Positions 51,565-64,000 of a stretch of 64,000 bases of DNA are shown piece by piece. Position 1 is the first letter of the stretch; each line of letters starts with the position of its first letter. Source of the DNA: Octopus sinensis (taxonomy: Eukaryota); the NCBI RefSeq assembly GCF_006345805.1, contig NC_043006.1:104160001-104224000 (forward strand). The letters are read 5' to 3'. The notes beneath the pieces were generated by a model. That model was not told the origin of the DNA, ran no database searches, and was given only the letters and a program-made list of their open reading frames with translations. A program made the position numbers and the translations under genes.

Positions 51565-52240
51565 CTGAGATAAAAGTTTTGCAATATTTTGGTAATTTAT
51601 TTGCTTTATTCGTCAAATTACAACAAAAGCAGCCTATCATTCATTGTAAAGGTCATCGGTTGCATTGACTGAAGCCACCTTTCTCCCAAATCTTTGACCC
51701 CACGCTGATACCTGTTCTTGACCTTCGAGGCGAAGAACTGCTTCACTGAAGCTCCTCTTGGGTGATAAAGTGTCGCGAGTACAGGAAGTGAGTCATGGAC
51801 CGGAACGAGTAATAATCCGAGGGAGATATTTTTCCGTAATCCTAACGGGCATAAAGTTAGTGAAGCAAGGGTCAGCTTCCAGAACCTGTCGCCAAACATG
51901 AACCTTTCGAAAACAAGGTGACGCTCTGCGTCTCCTTGAATTGTGAGGGGATGATTCCCGACCAGTTTGCACCGGTCGGTCAAACCATTGTTGTCAACCT
52001 GTATGTCAAACAGCTGGGAAGGATGTATGGCATATGTGTGACAAAAATTACTGACTGTAATTATCAGAAAGCGAACTTTTCTTCAGCAAGATAACACAAG
52101 ACCCCATACCGTCGAAACGACCTGGAATAAAGTCCCAGGAACTTGAGGGAAAGGAACCGATGTCACAACCAGCATATAGTACGGACCAAATTCCGTCGGG
52201 TTAATACTTGTACAGATTAATGGCTCACTTCTTGTGCTCG
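51565..52240. pseudogene. Rearranged mariner transposase fragments
   Basis: Minus strand 51620-51750 encodes FFASK..NRYQRGVKDLGERW. Plus strand ~52075-52230 encodes LQQDNTRPHT and PAYSTDQIPS (YSPDLAPSD-like). Confidence 0.7.
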
Positions 52241-52294
52241 TTTGGTGTAATAATGTCCTTCATATATAAAGAACTGATGATACCAAAGTTTATA

Positions 52295-52650
52295 TTTTAC
52301 TCGTTTCAGTCATTCGGCTGTGGCCATGCTGGGGCACTACATTGAAATTCTTTAGTCGAACGAATCAACACCAGTACATATTCTTAGTCTTTTCCTAATT
52401 CTATGGGTCTCAAATATCAAACCGCTAAGTTAAGGAGAAGTAAACAAGACAACACTGGTTGTGAAGCGGTGGCGGGAGTGGAGGGGAAGAAACTCAAAAA
52501 CACACACAAATAAATACATGCATATATACAAATACAATGAGCTTCTATCGGTTTCGTGTAACTAATCCACTCACAAGGCTTTGTTTGACCCGGGGTTATA
52601 ACAGTATCCCAGCATGGCCGTTGTCTTATGACTGAAACAAGCGAAAGTGT
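52295..52650 (-). mobile_element. CORE-like SINE fragments
   Basis: Reverse-complement tail and core pieces. Confidence 0.65.
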
Positions 52651-53724
52651 AAGAATGTATTTTACAGAGAATAAACGCGTGTGCGTATGTGTGTGTGAGT
52701 GTGTGTCTTTCTCTGTGTGTTTGTGGGCAAATGTCTGTGTGTATGCACCCATTTATGTACTTATCTCCCAATGAGATGTATCTATGTAAATACGGATATA
52801 TTTTTGTACAGATGCTTTAAATCGATAAAAATTCATAAGATATAAACAGCTATTTATTCTATAATACAGATAGATCATGTGACTATTTATCAGATTTAAA
52901 AGCAGACGTTTAAAAGAATAAAAAAAAATATATATAACGCCGTTTTATTAGCCAAATAAATTAATTTCAATAGTTTTGTGCTTAGCACTTATTTAAATAA
53001 TAATTATTTTCGGACAGACTAAAAAAAATATGACGAATTATGAAAACAATACCAAGGAGATTTGAATATGAAGACGGAAGCGAAAACAAATATAGCGATC
53101 GTTAAAATGTCAGCTTGAAGAAATCATAAACCTTTGGAGCAGCAGATTTATGGAAGTACAAAGTCTTAATCCATTTTATGAGCGTTTCATTTGTATTTTC
53201 AATAAAAATATTTAAAGCATTTACTGAAGTGTGTTGCTACTCGTCCAGCATAGTAAAATTACGTTTTGACTTATAAAGAACAGTGATACGATATATTAGC
53301 TGTTGCTATCTGTACAGACCGATAAACTCATCCCCGCCATATTATATTATATTATATTATATTATATTATATTATATTATATAATATTATATTATATTAT
53401 ATTATATTTAATTATATATCATGTTATATCATATTATATTGTATTATGCTTTAAATGTGAATAGAGTTTATATTATATAGCTGATTTTTTTTTTCTTTAC
53501 GTACTCGGGCAGCAATTTTTGTTGAGGATGGATTAGTCTATTCCATCGGTACCAGTATCTAACGGGTACTTTATTTTATCGACCCCGAGTGAACGAAAGA
53601 TAAATATAATCTAAGAACGTATAGAAGCGCAGTAAATAACTCAGAGCACTTTGTCCGATGCTCAAACCATTCAGCCTCTATCCTCTACCACGTGGGTCTG
53701 TGTAATCAATCAATCAATCAATCA

Positions 53725-53758
<34 letters not shown>

Positions 53759-53759
53759 G

Positions 53760-53833
<74 letters not shown>

Positions 53834-53840
53834 ATGTATG

Positions 53841-53885
<45 letters not shown>

Positions 53886-53904
53886 TCTATCTATCTATCT
53901 AAGA

Positions 53905-54357
53905 TGGGTGAATGTAGCAAGAATGGCACGTATGAATGACGAAGCCACCTTGAGCATGATCCTATGAACCCAGAAATTGAAAACAGAGAGTTGCTTATTT
54001 GCAAAAAAAAAAAAAAAGAAATATAACATGTGACTCCATTGACCGAGGTTACCGTGGTCTTTTCCGTAGGCTTTTCTTTCCACGGGTAAACCTCACCTGT
54101 CCTCCCCTTTACACTTCATATTGACATTTCTGTGATAACGATCCCTATTGATCAATTTTTTTCTTTTTTTTTTTCCCTCTCCCCCTTTTTTTAACCCCCC
54201 TTTTTTTGTCCTCTTTCTCTCCTTTTACGATCCCTTTTGATCGAAACTCCCCCTTCCTTTTTTTTTTTTAAATTTTTTTTTAAACCTTCAAAAGAAAAGC
54301 TTTACCTTGTAATTTGTTCTATCTGTGTGCAGCCCTGTGTGGCTAATAAAGAAACAT
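53905..54357 (+). mobile_element. Possible LINE 3' UTR remnant
   Basis: Pyrimidine-rich segment ending CCCTGTGTGGCTAATAAAGAAA, set between (CTAT)n tracts. No coding evidence. Confidence 0.3.
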
Positions 54358-54370
54358 ATCTATCTATCTA

Positions 54371-54414
<44 letters not shown>

Positions 54415-54619
54415 TCTATCTATCCCTCTGTCTATCTATCTATCTATCTCTATCTATCTATCTATCTATCTATCTCTATCTATCTATCTATCCCTCTGTC
54501 TGTCTGTCTGTCTGTCCTGTCTATCTATCTGTCTGTCTGTCTGTCCTGTCTATCTATCTATCTATCTACCAATCTATCTATCGTCAATAAAGGTTATAAA
54601 TATATAGATATGTATTTAT

Positions 54620-54950
54620 TTATTCTTACTTACTTCAGTCACTTGACTGCAGCCATGCTGGAGCACTGCCTTGAACAGTTCTTTTTTTTTTAGTCGAACA
54701 TGTCAACCCCAGGTCCTATGTTTTAAGCCTTGTACTTATTCTATCGGTCTCCTTTGCAGAACCACTAAATTACTGGGACGTAAACACTCCAACACCGGTT
54801 GTCAGGTGGTGATGGTGTGCGCAAATACAAACACAGTGACACACACACACGACGGACTTCTTTCAGTTTTCGTCAACCAAACCTACTCAGAAGGCCTTGG
54901 GTGGCCCAGGGCTATAGTAAAAGACACTTGCCCAAGGTGCCATGTGGTTG
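54620..54950 (-). mobile_element. CORE-like SINE (diverged)
   Basis: Reverse complement of the family. Confidence 0.75.
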
Positions 54951-56196
54951 GTAAGGAAGCTTCATGCCGCGCGCGCGCGTGTAACTGCATTCGTTGTATG
55001 ATTTTTGCAGCTGTTTTGTGGGAGGGGGGAGGTAAAGAGTGACTAAGAGTTATGTGATTAATACGAAAGGGAATTGAATAATGTATAGTTTAAAATATGT
55101 ACAGAAACAAAACACGTGATTATATTTAAAAGAAATTTGCTCGGTTACAGGACAGACCCCTTATGCGCTCGTTTGCATATAGAAGGAGGGGGAATTTAAG
55201 AGATTCGGAAACTAAGTTTGGTTTCCTGATTGAACCGGTTTCCTTTCCCCGATGAATAAGTGATGGACATGGGATCAAAATGCTGCAAACTATCATTGAC
55301 TTACAATGAATTTGTTACCTTTACACCTAAATAAGTAATAAATTGTTTACTCTTGTTTTAGTCATATCTAATGTTCATATAATATTAATACCTTCGGAAA
55401 GCTCATCCGAGGGAAGTAGAAGGAGAAAGAGAGAGACAGAGACAGAGAGAGGAAGACAGAGGGAAGTAAGCTCTGTGTTTATTGTGAATTCGTATTATAG
55501 AATCTAGGTAAACACATCTCAAATGCAACCTGTGATCTTCTTTCAATCTCTCGGCGACACTTTGTGCGTTATACACGCTTTGTTGGAGACGTGGTTCGTA
55601 ATATGGAGAGTGATAGCTTACACACACATCTGACTCATTTCCTTTCAAATACTTAGGTTTATTGCTAGTAAACAGACACTTCGTATTGCTATATAAAAGA
55701 TATATAGCTGCTATTGTATTCTGTTGTATTTGAACATAAATACAAATGATGAAAGACGATGATGGTGACTCAAGAACCTGAACGACATTGGCATTTTTGC
55801 GTGACACACAGAAGACTGTAGTTATATTGGCGATGGAATGAATGTTCGTTTTTCAACCACATGATACCGCATTTGATCCCACATTACAGTTAATGTTTTT
55901 TATTGCAGCCACAAGATCATCGCCCTGTGAGTTTGAGTCTCCCTGTGTGTGTGTGGTGTTTAGATGTTTGCATTTATAATTACAGGTGTAAACTGGTGCA
56001 GCCTGTTTTTGTTATAAAATCACATCGTTGGACTAAGTACGAAACCGATATGAAAGAATGTTTTATGAACTACTACCTTCTTGATATTGCTCCAGGATGA
56101 CCGCAACCCAATGTATGAAACAAGTGAAAAAAAGTTTTTTGTGACTGCCATTGTTTACATTATTTACATTCGACAAGAAACATCTTGTTTCTTGTT

Positions 56197-56241
56197 AACA
56201 CAACGTTTCGGCTGATATACCCTCCAGCCGTCATCAGGTTC
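56197..56241 (-). ncRNA. PLE-type minimal hammerhead
   Basis: Minus strand: CUGAUGA-c-GGCUG-GAGGGUAUAU-CAGCC-GAAA-CG-UU^GUGUU. Stem I is weak in this copy. Confidence 0.7.
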
Positions 56242-56304
56242 TCATTCCTAAGGTATTTTTGATGCTGTCATCATTATCATCATCATCGTCATCGTCATCA
56301 TTGT

Positions 56305-56375
56305 TCAGGTCACTGCTTGGAATCTAACTCGGAATCTTGGGGTTGGTAGCCCGCGCTCTTAACCACAACGCCATA
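56305..56375 (-). other. tRNA-derived Pol III-promoter-like sequence
   Basis: Minus strand TGGCGTTGTGGTTAAGAGCGCGGGCTACCAACCCCAAGATTCCGAGTTAGATTCC has an A box and a degenerate B box. Confidence 0.65.
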
Positions 56376-56761
56376 TGACCGTTGGCAATAATGGAGTGAA
56401 TTTTAGGGCTTATAAATCAAATATTTTTCTATCCTTCCTTAACACCGGTTCCCATATTCTGTTCATATCTGCACTCGGTCTGCTTAGGAGGCTGTTGTGT
56501 CCTAGCATATGTGCTGCTTCTTTTAGTTTTCGTATTTTCCAGTGGTTTTCTCTGATTATTATTTTAACTTCATCCCTCAGTGGGAGGGTATATCAGCCGA
56601 AACGTTGTGTTAACAACAAACAAGATGAGGACAAATATCCGTCGAATGTAAATAATGTAAATAATGTACATAATTCCTCATCTTTTAAATGTAGAACTAT
56701 ACTGTCATTGTTCGATGAATGTAGCGTTTCCATCTATCAGCATTGACCAAGCATGTATATT

Positions 56762-56980
56762 CTTTTATTCTTTTACTTGTTTCAGTCATTTGACTGCGGC
56801 CATGCTGGAGCACCACGTTTAGTCGAAGAACTCGAGCCTAGGACTTATTCTTTGTAAGTCTAGTACTTATTCTGTCGGTTCCTTTCGCCGAACCGCTAAG
56901 AAACGAGGACGTAAACGCACCAGCATCGGTTATCAAGCGATGTTGGGGAAACAAACACAGACATACAAACATACACAAAC
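56762..56980 (-). mobile_element. CORE-like SINE 3' half
   Basis: Reverse-complement tail. Confidence 0.8.
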
Positions 56981-57510
56981 GAGAAACTTGATGAAAACGT
57001 GACAGACGGGAAATATAGACGATGGCATGATACACGGAATATTCGCAGCTGAGCTTTCCTCGTCAGTCAATGACCCAAAATATCATAGGAGTTTCGCTAT
57101 TTTTTGTTATGTTGTATATAGCGTAAGGCTTCGCGCTGTTATATATGCATACTTCTTCGTCTATTATATAATGTATTTATAAAATGTCTTGTTTGTTTCT
57201 GTCTTCGTATGCATTCGCTAGCTTTTTCCCAGTAGCTTAATAGCAGCAATGGCGCCTCTAAAATTGAATGGTCTCAATGGTAATGGCGCGAAACCACTAT
57301 GGTATTTTGGGTCAGTGACTGTCAAGGAAAACTCAGTTGCGAACATTACGTGTATCGTATTTGTCTATATTTCCCATCCGTTAAGTTTTCGTCTAATTTC
57401 TCGTTTGCTCTGCTTAAGATTAACTTTTTCTCCTTGATCTCTTCTTTCTGTTCAACCCTTGATGTGAGGAGATAATGATGCAGATAACATTATTGGATTT
57501 GATATATATA

Positions 57511-57898
57511 GCAGGAGTGGCTGTGTGGTAAGTAGCTTGCTAACCAACCACATGGTTGCGGGTTCAGTCCCACTGCGTGGCATCTTGGGCAAGTGTCTTC
57601 TGCTATAGCCCCGGGCCGACCAATGCCATGTGAGTGGATTTGGTAGACGGAAACTGAAAGAAGCCTGTCGTATATATGTATATATATATATGTGTGTGTG
57701 TGTGTTTGTGTGTCCCCCTAGCATTGCTTGACAACCGATGCTGGTGGGTTTACGTCCCCGTCACTTAGCGGTTCGGCAAAAGAGACCGATAGAATAAGTA
57801 CTGGGCTTACAAAGAATAAGTCCCGGGGTCGATTTGATAGACTAAAGGCGGTGCTCCAGCATGGCCGCAGTCAAATGACTGAAACAAGTAAAAGAGTA
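57511..57898 (+). mobile_element. CORE-like SINE, full length
   Basis: Same family as 40652. Confidence 0.9.
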
Positions 57899-57968
57899 TA
57901 TAAACATATATCAAATTCCATACATATATAGATACACATAAATATATAGAGCTCTCTCTCCCTCTCTT

Positions 57969-58000
<32 letters not shown>

Positions 58001-58160
58001 CATATATATATATCGTGTTGCATATTTGCCATTTGAATATGGCTAACCCATAAGGGTGGATGCTACTGTAGTTTGTAGCCCCAGGAAGATATCTCCTCCA
58101 GTTGGCTATAGACACACTATCTGTGTCCTGTCAGTATTTGTGAAGGGGAGTCATCCTCCC

Positions 58161-58241
58161 CGTCTTCAACACATGATACACACGTACCCGAGTTTCAAGG
58201 TGTTTACCTTTCATCAGCGTGTGACAATCATGGTGTCGACG
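58161..58241 (-). ncRNA. Type I hammerhead ribozyme, family C copy 1
   Basis: Minus strand: CACACG-CUGAUGA-AAGGU-AAAC-ACCUU-GAAA-C-UCGG-GUA^CGUGUG. Stem I is extended by CAUGAU/AUCAUG. Confidence 0.92.
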
Positions 58242-58513
58242 AGAAGTCAGATCCCTTCACAAATACATATACTTTTTCCAGTGTCGATTTGACACTGATA
58301 ATGAAAAAAGTGAAATCAAACAATGATAAATCTCAGAGCGAGTTATAAACAGTAGCGGTAACACTTCGTGTTGCATATTTGCCATTTGAATATGGCTAAC
58401 CCATAAGGGTGGATGCTACTGTAGTTTGTAGCCCCAGGAAGATATCTCCTCCAGTTGGCTATAGACACACTATCTGTGTCCTGTTAGTATTTGTGAAGGG
58501 GAGTCATCCTCCC

Positions 58514-58595
58514 CGTCTTCAACACATGATACACACGTACCCGAGTTTCAAGGTGTTTACCTTTCATCAGCGTGTGACAATCATGGTTGTCGACG
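58514..58595 (-). ncRNA. Type I hammerhead ribozyme, family C copy 2
   Basis: Identical core. The cleavage site is 353 nt from copy 1. Confidence 0.92.
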
Positions 58596-58766
58596 AGAAG
58601 TCAGATCCAACTAACCAGTTGTCTATAGCCAACTGGGGGAGATATCTTCCTGGGGCCACAAACTACAGTAGCATCCACCCTTATGGGTTAGCCATATTCA
58701 AATGGCAAATATGCAACACGAAGTGTTACCGCTACTGTTTATAACTCGCTCTGAGATTTATCATTG

Positions 58767-58814
<48 letters not shown>

Positions 58815-58901
58815 TACATATATATAACTTTCTTCCTATTTCAGCAGTCGTCCTCCTGTGCTAACCCACCTTTAATAATTTACTTCATATATATATATAT
58901 A

Positions 58902-59745
58902 CTAGCAGAATTGCCCGGCGTTGCTCGGGGCTGAATTGCTTGAAAGTACTGTTAATGATTGCACTGAATTATGATGATTATTCAGGTAAATATTGATATA
59001 AGTTTACGTTGGGAGATAAGGACTTAACGATCAAACGTGTGCCATTGCATTGTTTTGTGGGAACCAAATTTCTGATGAGCATTATAGGGGCACCAACTTT
59101 AAGTTTGAGAATGTGTGGTGGTAGTCCGGGGTGCTCAAAGGAATTGAGTACCTCTATTGGATAGTTGATGACGTCCTCTGGGTCAGGAGTTGTATCGATA
59201 GACTGATATACATAGACTTCCCCAGGAATGAGGTTTAGCATTTCATCATTACTATGGTGAACAGTTTTATTCCTCGGGGCCTGTATAGCCTTTTGGCCAA
59301 TCCAATCCATATTCTGATAATTAGCTTGTAGATCTTGGAACACTGCATCTCTGAGATCAGAAGGCGTCTTAACAATGGTACAAATGGAATCGATGGCAAT
59401 ATTACCATTTTCATCCCCTGGTAATTTGCCTTCGCCAAGTGCAAGGAGGGTGTGAGGAAATGCTGCTGATGTGATATTACGTCGCATATGAGCACGCATA
59501 TTGGTGTGAAGTTTGAGAGTTACTTCCCTTTATTAAAAAAATATGCATTAAAATGGGAAAAAATGATGGTAAATTATTTGTAAAATCGTAGACTCATCGT
59601 AGACGCGCGCTAATACCCAGAAGGGCTCGATATGAATCACGACTATAAGATACTCGGTTTTGGTTAAACTGCATCGCAAAATGTGGGAGTAGTTAGGAAT
59701 CTAAATCGGAGTAGACAGACACAATCTTTCTTTTATATATAAAGA
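58902..59745 (-). mobile_element. Internally deleted Helitron with PIF1-like helicase fragment
   Basis: The minus strand starts A|TC (59745) and ends with hairpin CCCGAGCAACGCCGGG plus CTAG|T (58902). ORF 58978-59499 contains LPPHILKLKVGAPIMLIRNL and CNGTRLIV. Confidence 0.9.
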
Positions 59746-60266
59746 TTTTCGTCCTAAAAAACTTTGTATGGAGTGAATGGTTACCTCTATGGAAATATAT
59801 ACACACACATTATACATACATGTGTGTATAGATGAATATGTAAATACATTTAAATATCTATATACACTTTTGGGCGATCTTTCTGCTTCTTAGAGATAAC
59901 TTTAGATCTTATTTTCGTCCTAAAAACTTTGTATGGAGTGAATGGTTAGCTCTATGGAAATATATACACACACGTTATACATACATGTGTGCATAGATGA
60001 ATATATAAATACATTTATATATCTATATACACTTTTGGGCGATCTTTCTGCTTCTTAGAGATAACTTTAGATCTTATTTTCGTCCTAAAAAACTTTGTGC
60101 GGAGTGAATGGTTACCTCTATGGAAATATATACACATACATTATACATACATGTTTGTATAGATGAATATATAAATACATTTAAATATCTATATACACTT
60201 TTGGGCGATCTTTCTGCTACTTGTATATACTTTAGATCTTATATTCGTCCTAAATAACTTTGTATG
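59746..60266. repeat. Tandem repeat, ~165-bp unit x3.1
   Basis: Units start at 59746, 59912, 60077 and 60242 (TTTTCGTCCTAAAAAACTTTGTATGG). Confidence 0.92.
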
Positions 60267-60513
60267 AATTGAAAAGAAAATGAATTGAAATTTTTAAGAA
60301 AGGAATTTGTTTACATACATGTGTCAAATGGCAAATGTTTGTGCAGTTGTCCGAAATGGAACCAGGGTAAATGTGTGGAACTGATGTATTATAATGAATA
60401 GTCCTTCTTGTTGTGAATATTAATTTAATTAATATGAACTGAAAACCAGTGGTGTAGCATAGGTGATCTTCTTCTAGCAAAAAGGATAACCAGTCTGAAT
60501 GGGTCATCCCTGT

Positions 60514-60547
<34 letters not shown>

Positions 60548-61313
60548 CATTCACACACACACGCACCCTCATACACACACACACACGCGCGCGCACACAC
60601 ACACACACTCACACACATGCACACACACACACACACACGTTAGCTTACAATTTTATTTATATATTTGCGTGTCTATGTGTGTAAAGAGGAAGTGGGAGGA
60701 AGAGGGAGTAATAGGCAGAGTAAAGTGAAAGAGTGAAATGTTAAAATATTGAGTTTTCTCGAATTTTTTCTTAATTGAGGGTCAAATTGAAAGAAATTTT
60801 GTATGCCATGACCGAATGGAAGTACTTTGAAAAATCATAGGTAAACTGTAATTGAAGAAATTGTGTGAGGAGTAAATCGTTATGTATTTATTTGTTTCTG
60901 TTTGCTGTGTTGTTTTTTTTTTGAGTAGTGGTTTAAGGTACACTTGCAAAGAGAAAGTAGGAGAAATTATGGTGATAGCATGAGTGAAGCAGTTCATTCC
61001 TTTTATATAAATACTTTCACTTTAATCGTTGCACACTTGCAAAGAGAAAGGAGGAGAAAGTGTAGTGGTAATGGTATTAGTGAATCACTTGAACTGAAAG
61101 AGAAAAATTGTTAAATAGTTAGTTTTCTCTAATTTTTGCTTAATGGGGGTGAAATACGAAAAACTGTACCTGCCACGACCCGATGTATTCTACTCATAAA
61201 AATGATAGGTAAATTCTAATTGAAGAAATTCTATATTGTAGATTTGTATAATAAACAAACGGTTTGGGAGGCAGATAAAATCTGCCTTTTATAATAAGAG
61301 ATACATATATATG

Positions 61314-61390
<77 letters not shown>

Positions 61391-62301
61391 TATATATAGC
61401 GAGAGAGAGTCAAATATATTTTAACAAAACATAAAAAACACCAACTACTAAAGAGAGAATGCATAGACAGCTGTTTCTGGAAGATCGGAATTACGTAATA
61501 TTGTTCAGAATTAACAAATGGAATGTGCAAATAAGAAAAAAGACTGAAGTGAATATAAATCAAATCGAGGAAAAGGGGGTGGGTTAGCGGTGGAGGAAAC
61601 TATACTGAGATAGAGAGAAAGGTGCAAAGAGAATAGAGTATGAGAGATAGAAAGAGAAGGGGAAGGAGTATGCTGCAAGCATATCGAAGTGATAAGTTTG
61701 AGATTTATCACAATTACGAGAGATTATAGAGTTTTTGTGTAATGAGCAAAAGTGGAATGAAATTGTGTTTACATGAAAAGATTACGTCAGAGAAGGAGAT
61801 CAAGAAATTATCTGGAATACAACTTACAAAACAGTGATTAGTAATACACAGGGAATAGTGAAAAACAATGGACCAAGATAACGTATAGGTAATATTCTAG
61901 GACTTGAGTAAGTGTATGTATGTAATTAAGAAGGACGAGAGTGCAGAGGCTCGAATTGAATACGAATTCATGTGAGCCCAGTGGCAGAATATATTTATAT
62001 ATGTCAAGCCAAATCATGTTTATCTGCATCTCACTTTCTTTCTCTTCCTCTCTCTCTCTCCCTCTTTCCCTCTCTCATTCTGTATAGTCTTCGATGAAAA
62101 AAAGTGTATTAGTATGCGTATTAGCACCAATTTTTTTCCGTCGATGACTCATATGCCCCAATAGTAGACGATTTTCTGTAACCAATAAATGGTCCACATT
62201 TCTAAACTTAAGCGTATAATTATATTTACAAAATTTTTACTCGTCACCGTTTCCTAACTTACACACACACAATCACACACACACAATCACACACACCACA
62301 C

Positions 62302-62335
<34 letters not shown>

Positions 62336-62452
62336 CACAAACATACATACATACACACGCACAAACATACATACATACATACATACCTAAATACATATAC
62401 ATACATATATATATATAATAAAACAGGAATTGGATAATTTATTGTTTAGAAC

Positions 62453-62489
<37 letters not shown>

Positions 62490-62703
62490 TAATAATAATA
62501 ATCATTATTATATGTTATATATATATATATATACATATATATATAGGTATATATATATACATATGTATATATATATATATGTATATATATACATATATAT
62601 ATATACATATATTATATATATATACATATATACATATATATACATATATATATCATATATATATATATACATATGTATATATATACATATGTATATGTAT
62701 ATA

Positions 62704-63979
62704 CGAGGGACGTTCAATAAGTAATGCCTCTGACCCACTTCCAGTTGTTTGATATAGCTGTGCAATCATTTATATCTCTATAGAGTAAGTGGCAAATTAC
62801 AGCTCTGAATTAATTGTGGTTTCCGATTTACAGGTGTTTGAACCGAGTCAAGTGTGAAATGGAGCCTGTTGAGTGTCGAGCAGTGATCCGGTTTTTGTAT
62901 TTGAAAGGACGCACACCACGGGAGACTTTTGATGAAATGAAAGTAACTTATGGTGATGATGCCCCATCATATGACCTTGTAAAACGCTGGCATCGTGAAT
63001 TCAAACATGGTCGGAACTCTGTGGAAACAGCTCCCAGATCTGGTCGCCCCTTCTGCCATTGATGAGGCATCTGTCCGTCAAGTTGAGGCTGCCATTTTGG
63101 AAGATCGACGCATAATTATTCGCCAAATAGCCCATGAGGTCAAGATTAGTACCGGGTCTCTGGAAACTATCATTCATGACCATTTGCATATGCAAAAGGT
63201 GTCTGCCAGATGGATACCCAGGTTGCTCACGCCTTTCCAGAAGCAAGAACGCGTCGAGTACTCGAGGGTGAATTTGGAGATGTGTCAAGACGATGAGTCA
63301 AAATTTTTCAAAAGACTGATTACACAGGATTAAACCTGGGTCCATCAAATGATCCAGAGACCAAAGCCCAGTCAATGCAGTGGAAGCACCGTGATCACCC
63401 CCTCCAAAGAAGGCAAGGGTGCAGCCCTCAGCTGGCAAGGTCATGCTCACAGTCATCTGGGACGAGGACGGAGTAGTGATGACAGATTTCCTGGCAAAGG
63501 GTACCACAATTGCAGGAGCCTATTATGCTTCACTTTTGAGGAAATTAAGAGAAGTTATCAAAATCAAGAGGCGGGGCAAGATCAGCAAAGGCATCCTCCT
63601 CCTGCAGGACAACGCTCCGGTCCACAACTCGCTTATCGCCAGATCAGAAGCACAGGCGTATGGCTATGAACTCCTCCCCATCGCCCCTACATTCCTGACC
63701 TTGCACCCTCTGATTTTCACTTCTTCCCAATCATGAAGTTGTTTTTGAAAGGAAAGCGTTTCCCAGATGATGCAGCCTTGATTTCTGAAGTCACGTTGAG
63801 GTTGGAGGACCAAGCTGGGTTCTTCTACAAAAACGGTCTCCAGAGCCGCATCAAACGATGGGAGAAATGCGTAACTCTGGGTGGTTCCTATGGCGAAAAT
63901 GACTAATAACTGTGTCAAGTTTCGTTGCTCTACTGCTATGGTAAGTGGGTCAGGGGCATTACTTATTGAACGCCCCTCG
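62704..63979 (+). mobile_element. Full-length mariner element (1276 bp)
   Basis: TIRs CGAGGGACGTTCAATAAGTAATGCCTCTGACCCACTT and AAGTGGGTCAGGGGCATTACTTATTGAACGCCCCTCG, with TA flanks. Confidence 0.95.
62859..63906 (+). pseudogene. Mariner DD34D transposase pseudogene
   Basis: MEPVECRAVIRFL..., RSGRP, VSARWIPRLLT, ITQD*TW, LLQDNAPVH, PDLAPSDF and RWEKCV. Frameshifts and a stop. Confidence 0.92.
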
Positions 63980-64000
63980 TACCTATATATATATATATAT

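Larger units (their letters stand above)
56148..56690 (-). mobile_element. 5'-truncated Penelope-like insertion: GIY-YIG C-terminus, tRNA-like module, HHR and inverted pLTR piece
   Basis: Minus 56583-56410 encodes DEVKIIIRENHWKIRKLKEAAHM...RIWEPVL..*. Segment 56583-56667 is the reverse complement of 56148-56225. Confidence 0.82.
58013..58768. mobile_element. Retrozyme-like / PLE pLTR tandem array, family C (353-bp unit)
   Basis: Units start at 58013 and 58366 (to 58608), then ~11 nt of filler and an inverted piece at 58620-58768. (TA)n on both sides. Confidence 0.9.

Noticed and set aside
55986-56100. Possible terminal exon (CKLVQPVFVIK...PG*)
   Set aside because: It is in frame with the 18-nt microexon, but the intron would be only 59 nt and the 3' part resembles a SINE tail (GCTCCAG.ATG.CCGCA...GAAACAAGT).

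Overview
AT-rich, microsatellite-saturated animal genomic DNA, most likely a coleoid cephalopod (Octopus-like). That assignment is inferred from the SINE families and repeat landscape, not shown. There is no intact long ORF, and nearly all ORF-track entries are translated microsatellites. The window is a transposon graveyard: tRNA-derived SINEs of at least 3 families, Hero-, R4/Dong- and RTE-type LINE remnants, mariner/pogo elements including one full-length mariner pseudogene, an internally deleted Helitron, and three Penelope-like (PLE) remnants. The standout signal is non-coding. Three distinct tandem-repeat families (units of about 515-545, 474 and 353 bp) each carry one type I hammerhead ribozyme (HHR) per unit. 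Each sits inside a (TA)n tract and ends in an inverted partial copy, as expected for retrozyme-like, PLE-mobilised elements that could release circular RNA monomers. Further single HHRs include a U3-A8 compensatory variant, a shared A6U variant, and one downstream of a PLE GIY-YIG C-terminus plus a tRNA-like module. Also notable are concatemeric SINEs inserted under one TSD and possible exons of a + strand secreted-protein gene. All structures were read by eye and none were computed.
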